A DNA stretch of 53,928 nucleotides, counting the filler, from Sphacelaria rigidula (taxonomy: Eukaryota), in assembly GCA_964200075.2 (NCBI GenBank). It is 5 parts of 5 records of this genome, joined end to end, with 100 filler letters (N's around TTAATTAATTAA, not from the genome) between each part and the next. Parts side by side here need not be neighbours in the genome. Positions count along the whole stretch, not along the records: positions 43,225 to 53,928 come from CAXNAA020006054.1; 4 more parts are not named here. The stretch is one strand, 5' to 3'. Under the pieces are notes generated by a model. The model was not told the DNA's origin, did not search any database, and worked only from the letters and a program-made list of their open reading frames with translations. The position numbers and the translations under genes were made by a program. Positions 48,501 through 53,928 of this stretch are shown piece after piece. Position 1 is the stretch's first letter. Each line of letters begins with the position of its first letter.

Positions 48501-49902
48501 AACCTCCAATCTGCCTCTAGGCTAGCCCAGCTCACACTGCATGCAATCCATCTCATGCGCATTGATATTCTCAGGACTCACAAGTTGCAAAAGCGTGTCC
48601 CGGCGCCACCATCGGGACCAGGAGGAGTATCCGGGCCAGGGGGACCGTCAGGGTTGTTAGGGGGGTTGCCGTGAGCGACGCAGCATTGGTCGACGGTGCA
48701 CGTGTCACCGTCGCACTCGACAAGCCACGCTTCTTCGATAGGGATGAATCCTCCAGGGCAGCCGATGCTGCAACCGAGAGACGTCGAGACAGAAAAAGGC
48801 GGCCAGTACAAGCGATCGTGAGTGAATCACTCCCTTTTGCACAAGGCAGCCTTGACACTAAGCAAGCAATACAACGAGTACGCGAATAACACGCACTTGA
48901 GTGTACTTCGTTATCAACTCCCGGCATCAAACGAACCCGATTTCGAGGGGGGACAGCATGAACATACCTGTTGCACAGCGGGCCTTCGAGGTTGTTGCCG
49001 TCAGGGTCAGTGCCGGCGTGCCTCATGCAGCACTGTTCGTCGTTGCAGCCACCTTCGCCGCACATGCGCTGGCTAGTCTCGGGATTGGGGATGAAGCCGC
49101 TGGGGCACGCGTAGCCCGAGCAGAAAGCCTGCAACGGAACGACAGCGCGTGAAGGGAAACTTGATCCGTCAATTTGCAGTTCGAAAGCTGAAAGTCTCAT
49201 GTTCATCAGCTCGTACATTCCGTCAATTTCCATCCACGTAGCCTATATGACCTCCGCGGCACTACTACCTGAAGGGGCGGGGTGAAAACGCGATATCATT
49301 TTACGATCATCTCGATACGACAGGGCCGAAAATAAATGCAAATCCTCCACTCCACACACCTGACAACACAGCTCGACGGAGCAATCTTCCCCGCACTCCA
49401 CCTCCCACGCGTTGGGTACTGCGCGTCACAAAAAATCGGAGCCGCGCATTTGCGACGGGGCAACACATGGGCGCAAAAGGTGAACGAACAACGTCAGGTC
49501 ATGTTCGTAGATCCGACAACGGCCAAAAAAGCCAGCTAAGCATCAAGATCAGTCCTGTTTTCCGTTCAAGTTTTCCGAATGTCAAGGACACGTCGAAATC
49601 GCAGAGATAAAACATTTACTCGACCCTCATCACCCGTGGTAAGTTGGTATGGGATGTGCCGACGGTCGAGTCACTTGTCGCATTTCTTGCGGTCGTAATA
49701 TCCAGTATATCATGCGCAACGTATCTCATCACATTTGACCCATTCATTACACAAGTCATTTCCCCATCAGCATCTGCACGAGGCCCTCAATTAAATTCAA
49801 ACGGACTTCATGATCTACTGCGCGTGACATTTCGCACTTGGCGACCAGCAACCACATACCCGGAATGTATCCGCCGGGGCATCCCAGGCTGTTGCACCTT
49901 CC
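45505..49902 (-). CDS. Multi-exon gene for a Cys-rich tandem-module protein (at least 8 six-Cys modules, at least 335 aa; 5' end not located)
   Basis: Exons in transcript order, all with CAG acceptors and (except the last) GT donors: 49902-49860, 49418-49360, 49128-48968, 48767-48582, 47476-47389, 47160-47000, 46799-46709, 46378-46274, 45949-45842, 45510-45505 (GTG TGA). Total 1008 nt, all phases compatible, no internal stop. Module pattern C-x4-C-P-x-G-[FY]-x-P-x8-C-x3,4-C-x4-CC. Confidence 0.88.
48246..48497. mobile_element. Intronic foldback/MITE (about 250 bp)
   Basis: ttggagcgtcaaatttggt pairs with accaaatttgacgctccaa, and agcaccagaa pairs with ttctggtgct; arms about 110 bp. Confidence 0.8.
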
Positions 49903-52900
49903 CTGTTCAAGCAGGCAGACCGATGAGAGGGGAGAGAGGGGGGGGTAGGGGTAAGCGATGAGGGTTGGTGGGGATTGAGCGTATGATGCTGCAGGTCTCG
50001 AATGGGAAACTGTCTTCAATGCTAGGGCAGCAATACCTCGCCTGTAGACTACCTAATAGAGGTATTTCAAACTCGGCTCCCGGTATTCTTGTTTTCAAGC
50101 TGGCTCCGAGTTGTGTACTAGTTTCTTCAAGTGAGGATATGGTTAGCATTATAATTATTCCGGGTTGTTCTAGGAATTTGTCGAAAGTGCTAACGTCGGT
50201 AGGGTTCGGTGTAATGACGGATCGTCCGCTCCGCACAGTGCCCAAGTTAGTGTTACTTGGTGTTATCGGACGATACGGGTAGATAACCCGTTGATCAGGA
50301 GAGTGTTTTTGATCGTGAAACACAGTTTTTCAGCTCTTGCACGATGAATAGGTGGAATAAAAAAAGCAAGCCTACCAGTTTCTTCACTGGTTACGATCAG
50401 AATAGGCTCGATCGACCGAAAATATCGGAGTCAAAATCCGGGCTAGTAAGTGGCAGGACCCCCGATGGACCCTTCAGCCCCGAAGTCACCCAATACGAGG
50501 TACTGGTGTTTTTTTCTCGGAATGTGGAGCGGATACAAATATCTCAAGATCCACGATGTGAGAAGGGGTGGCAAGCGTAAAGAGCCGAAGAAAATCGCCA
50601 ACTACGAAAAAATCATAAAATGGATGGGTCAGACAATAGGTACTCATATATAGACTACACTGGGCGAGCAAACCTGTGGAACACATGTAATCCATCAATG
50701 AAAACATGCTTCGGTTTGTTGACGCTTTCCCGCAGTCCAAAAATCATGGTACGCACGTAGCGCTCGGGTGACCTAAATGTGACCGTTCAACCACTAGGTA
50801 AGGTGATTCCGAAACAGGAGCCCTTTTCGGCCAGCTTATGCATCGCCGGGTCACCGCAGAATTTCAGGAAAGGCATGAAGTTTGTCCCTCACCAGCGAAG
50901 TACTTTCATCTCCGAGAGGGGTTGAGAACAGCAGTTGCATATGCGTACCCCCGCCCTTCACATGAACGGTACAACTCCGGACTCTCACAGAGTGTGCGGT
51001 GCTGCCTTGCGACAACCTGCATGTAATCTACCGCAAGATCGACGACGCAGCGATATTCATGACGTCACTTCGTAAGGCATAATTCGTATCACTGAATGGA
51101 CCCACCTCCTGCGTGCGCCTGCTCACAGAGTTGCCGCGGAGAACGGCGCCTGCATTAGAGAAGACGGCACACAACAGAATCGACAAGCTAGCATGTCAGT
51201 TGATATCGCGTGGTCCTGACCCTCTGATGAAAAAGCCACCTTGCATTCTGTCAATGCAGCAAGTTGCTGCGAAAATATCTTCCAAAATCAAAGTGTGTAC
51301 TTTACAATGTTTTCCCGCAATCTCAAGAGAGACCGACCACGACAACAATTTCCACTTTGCTCAACGTCAAGATCCGAATGTATATGGTGGACTGACTGTG
51401 CTTGTACAGCATCAAGAGCACGCAGTTCGCCTCGCACCGGCCGCGTGCGCGCTGCCGCGCAATTGGGCGTACACCCAGTGAACGGAGCCGGACATGGAAT
51501 TTCTTTGACGGATTTGCACACATTCGAAAGGCGCACAAAATGCGTTCAGGAGTCCTCCTCTCAGCCCGAAAAAAGACGTCGGTACATGCGCACTGAGGGC
51601 TCATGTTCGCTAAACGTGTATATCACCAAGAGTTCGACCTGGTCTTTCGCAGATGCCTTTTCCGCGGCAAAATGGAAACTACACAGCTGTCTGTAGTGTC
51701 GTACTTGCCGCATGCTGTGACCCTGGTGTTCCGAGAAACAGCCCAACCCTCACGAACGCACGCAAGGTGCATCCATGAAACTGCTGAACTACCTCCCGCT
51801 CCATCACGGAGTGGTTTTATCAAAAAACAGTTTCAATCAAAGGACTTCCTCTCCACGGCAGGACTTTAAACCGCAGTAGCAGACAAGCTCCTCACGGAAT
51901 GAGATTGCACTCGTGACGCCACCGAGTACGCAGGCACTACGCACAGACGAGCAAATGTATGATAAAAGTTCCCACAGCACTCGCTGGCTCGCGCTCGACA
52001 TGATCTTCCGAATATCACGGCAGCACCACTCAAATGTCTGTTTCCTAGAGCTGTGCAAGTGAGAATGCCATGTGTCCCACTTCATGCGCATCACCGTACG
52101 TGCAAAAATACGTGTGTGAGCGGACACATGTGTCCACCATCATATCTGAATCGAACTTGCCCCTACCGTCTGCAAAGAGAAATTAACACACCCACAGGAG
52201 GGTAACAGCCAGCGTCTGTGGGTCAAACTCGGTATCATGGCCCATCTTCGTGCGAGGATGGCAAAGGCAGAGACGGGTGCACGGTCACCATCGCCTAGAC
52301 TCCATTCGAAATCCGCGCAGGCTGTTTCTCTCCACCCACGCTACTGTCTGTACTGGTGATCTGCACATCGAGGTATCACATCGGGAAAAACTTCACTGCA
52401 CGTCATAACGCAAGCTGACTGGTCAAACTTTCCAGCCACACCGGAGACTTGTCAAGCGGCGAACGGTGTGCGTCACCCCACGCGCGACGTGCACCGTACG
52501 GTGAGGGTGGATGGGGGAGAAACAACAAGGCGCGCGTGTCAACCACTTGCTTCAACAAGGAGCACCTGCAAACATACCTTCGTTGGCAGCGAACACGCCC
52601 GTAGACAGAGCGAGCAAAGCCACACCGGCAAAAGAAGATCCAGCTTGCACCATGGTGTTGATCTCGGTACCGTGCCTAGGATTTCCTTGAGCTCCTGTTG
52701 TAGTACTGCGTACTACTGAGTGATAAGTGCGGGAGGGGGGTGGTCTGCGGTGCGTAGAGAGTGATGATTATACTGAGGGGAGAGGGCGCGTGACAGGAGC
52801 TTGGGCGACGCTCCTTGAGAACCTTTTTTTTTTTGCACAGCGGGACAACTTGGTATCTCCCATCAATTTGGTTCCCCTCCATGTTTTCTGTGGTCCAATT

Positions 52901-53369
52901 GTGAGGGAATTCCGTTGGCGAGAGCCGTTGAGGTCCCCTCGGAGATATCTGATGTGGACACCCAGGACGCCACAAGGAAAGTGCATAAATATGTATAAGG
53001 ATCAGACAGTATAGTTTACCACTTGGGAGGGTGGGAAAATTCTCAGGTAGTTCGACTTGATTTTAGTCCCGACAGCGAAATCCGGATCTTTAATCGGCCA
53101 ATGCTCCAACCGTGCTCCTAGCTTGCCGACAACGCGTTTTTGTCGAAACCTCCGATCGGAGAGGCACGGACACGGTGATGGGATATGAACGGTTAGGGGT
53201 AGCCAAAGAATGCGAAGTATTTCGGATGAAGTTCTAGTTCGCTTTACGTTTCCTCGGAGCGCTTTCGCTGAACAATACTCCGACGGATGATCATATGATA
53301 CTAGTTTTGTCGAACAGAACTGTTGTGAGAGTAAAATAAAGCCAGAGTTCATGGCGGCGACGACATGAA

Positions 53370-53880
53370 CTGGCGATGACGCTGTAGAACACGCTGTACG
53401 CCATCTCACTGCGTAAGCTAGACAACCAGGTTACCATGTTTTGTGCGCGCTTGCGTTTTTGCTGCGGTAACCATGACTATGGTGGTCGAGCTAGTATCAT
53501 GTTTTGCGGGGTGGGAGAATCTCAACTCCGCGCAGAGGGAATGGTCATACAAAGTAGTGTTGATATGATGAAACACCCATGAGGCAGTGTGGAACCCGTG
53601 ACTGTCTGATGGAAGCGGTTATACCAGAAAATGAATCATCTCATTGGAGGCTGACATTCAAATGCAAGATAATCAGTACGCTCCGGGCCGAACAGTCGTA
53701 GCAGGATGCAGCTCACCCTTCGTGCGGCTCGCTGAACACATCACGGTGCTTCGCGCTTGGTGATTGATTGCGAGCCTGGTCCGGCGAAAACCGGGCGGCG
53801 CGATTCGTCCTGGCTTTTTAGGGATGCGAGGTCAACGATCATTTGAATATGGCATGCAAGATCATGAGTACCCCTCCCCC
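53370..53880 (+). repeat. Dispersed repeat family A, copy 3
   Basis: Colinear with 2420-2870; retains a block of about 60 bp (53759-53817) also present in copy 2. Confidence 0.85.
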
Positions 53881-53928
53881 CCCCCCAGCCCGCCAAACTA
53901 CAGCTTTACAACACCAGCTTTGTATGAC

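Noticed and set aside
48571-49233. 220-aa minus-strand ORF as a stand-alone gene
   Set aside because: It reads through introns; only 49128-48968 is in the coding frame, and the spliced model explains the region better.
49252-49268. 17-nt phase 1-0 micro-exon (GSSAAE) as an alternative to exon 49418-49360
   Set aside because: The acceptor is plausible but the donor (GTCATA) is weak and it would break a module; no support without transcripts.
50892-51016. Candidate first exon (ATG AAA GTA CTT CGC TG then GTGAGG) of the Cys-module gene
   Set aside because: Splice signals are plausible, but I could not link it convincingly to exon 49902 or build a clear signal peptide.

Overview
Repeat-rich, intron-containing eukaryotic DNA that looks like a brown alga (Phaeophyceae, Ectocarpus-like); the taxon is inferred from the EsV-1-7 gene and the gene structure. 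The window is not contiguous. Four identical 100-nt N/TTAATTAATTAA/N spacers, exactly 10,806 nt apart, join five segments of about 10.7 kb (1-10706, 10807-21512, 21613-32318, 32419-43124, 43225-53928). Segment 1 has an intronless 999-aa ORF with about 22 tandem EsV-1-7 (C-x4-C-x16-C-x2-H) repeats, plus decayed in-frame repeats upstream. Segment 2 has a degraded minus-strand Ty3/Gypsy element, an 88-bp tandem array and a foldback element. Segment 3 has a two-LTR Ty3/Gypsy element lacking its RT core, carrying two nested MITE/foldback insertions and bracketed by an inverted repeat pair; a 920-bp hairpin element lies downstream. Segment 4 has tandem arrays and a decayed 3-kb ORF region of unknown identity. 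Segment 5 has a minus-strand gene not visible as a unit in the ORF track: at least 10 exons that splice in frame into 8 tandem six-cysteine modules, with phase-compatible exon cassettes and exon-restricted homogenisation. All calls were made by eye, with no database searches.
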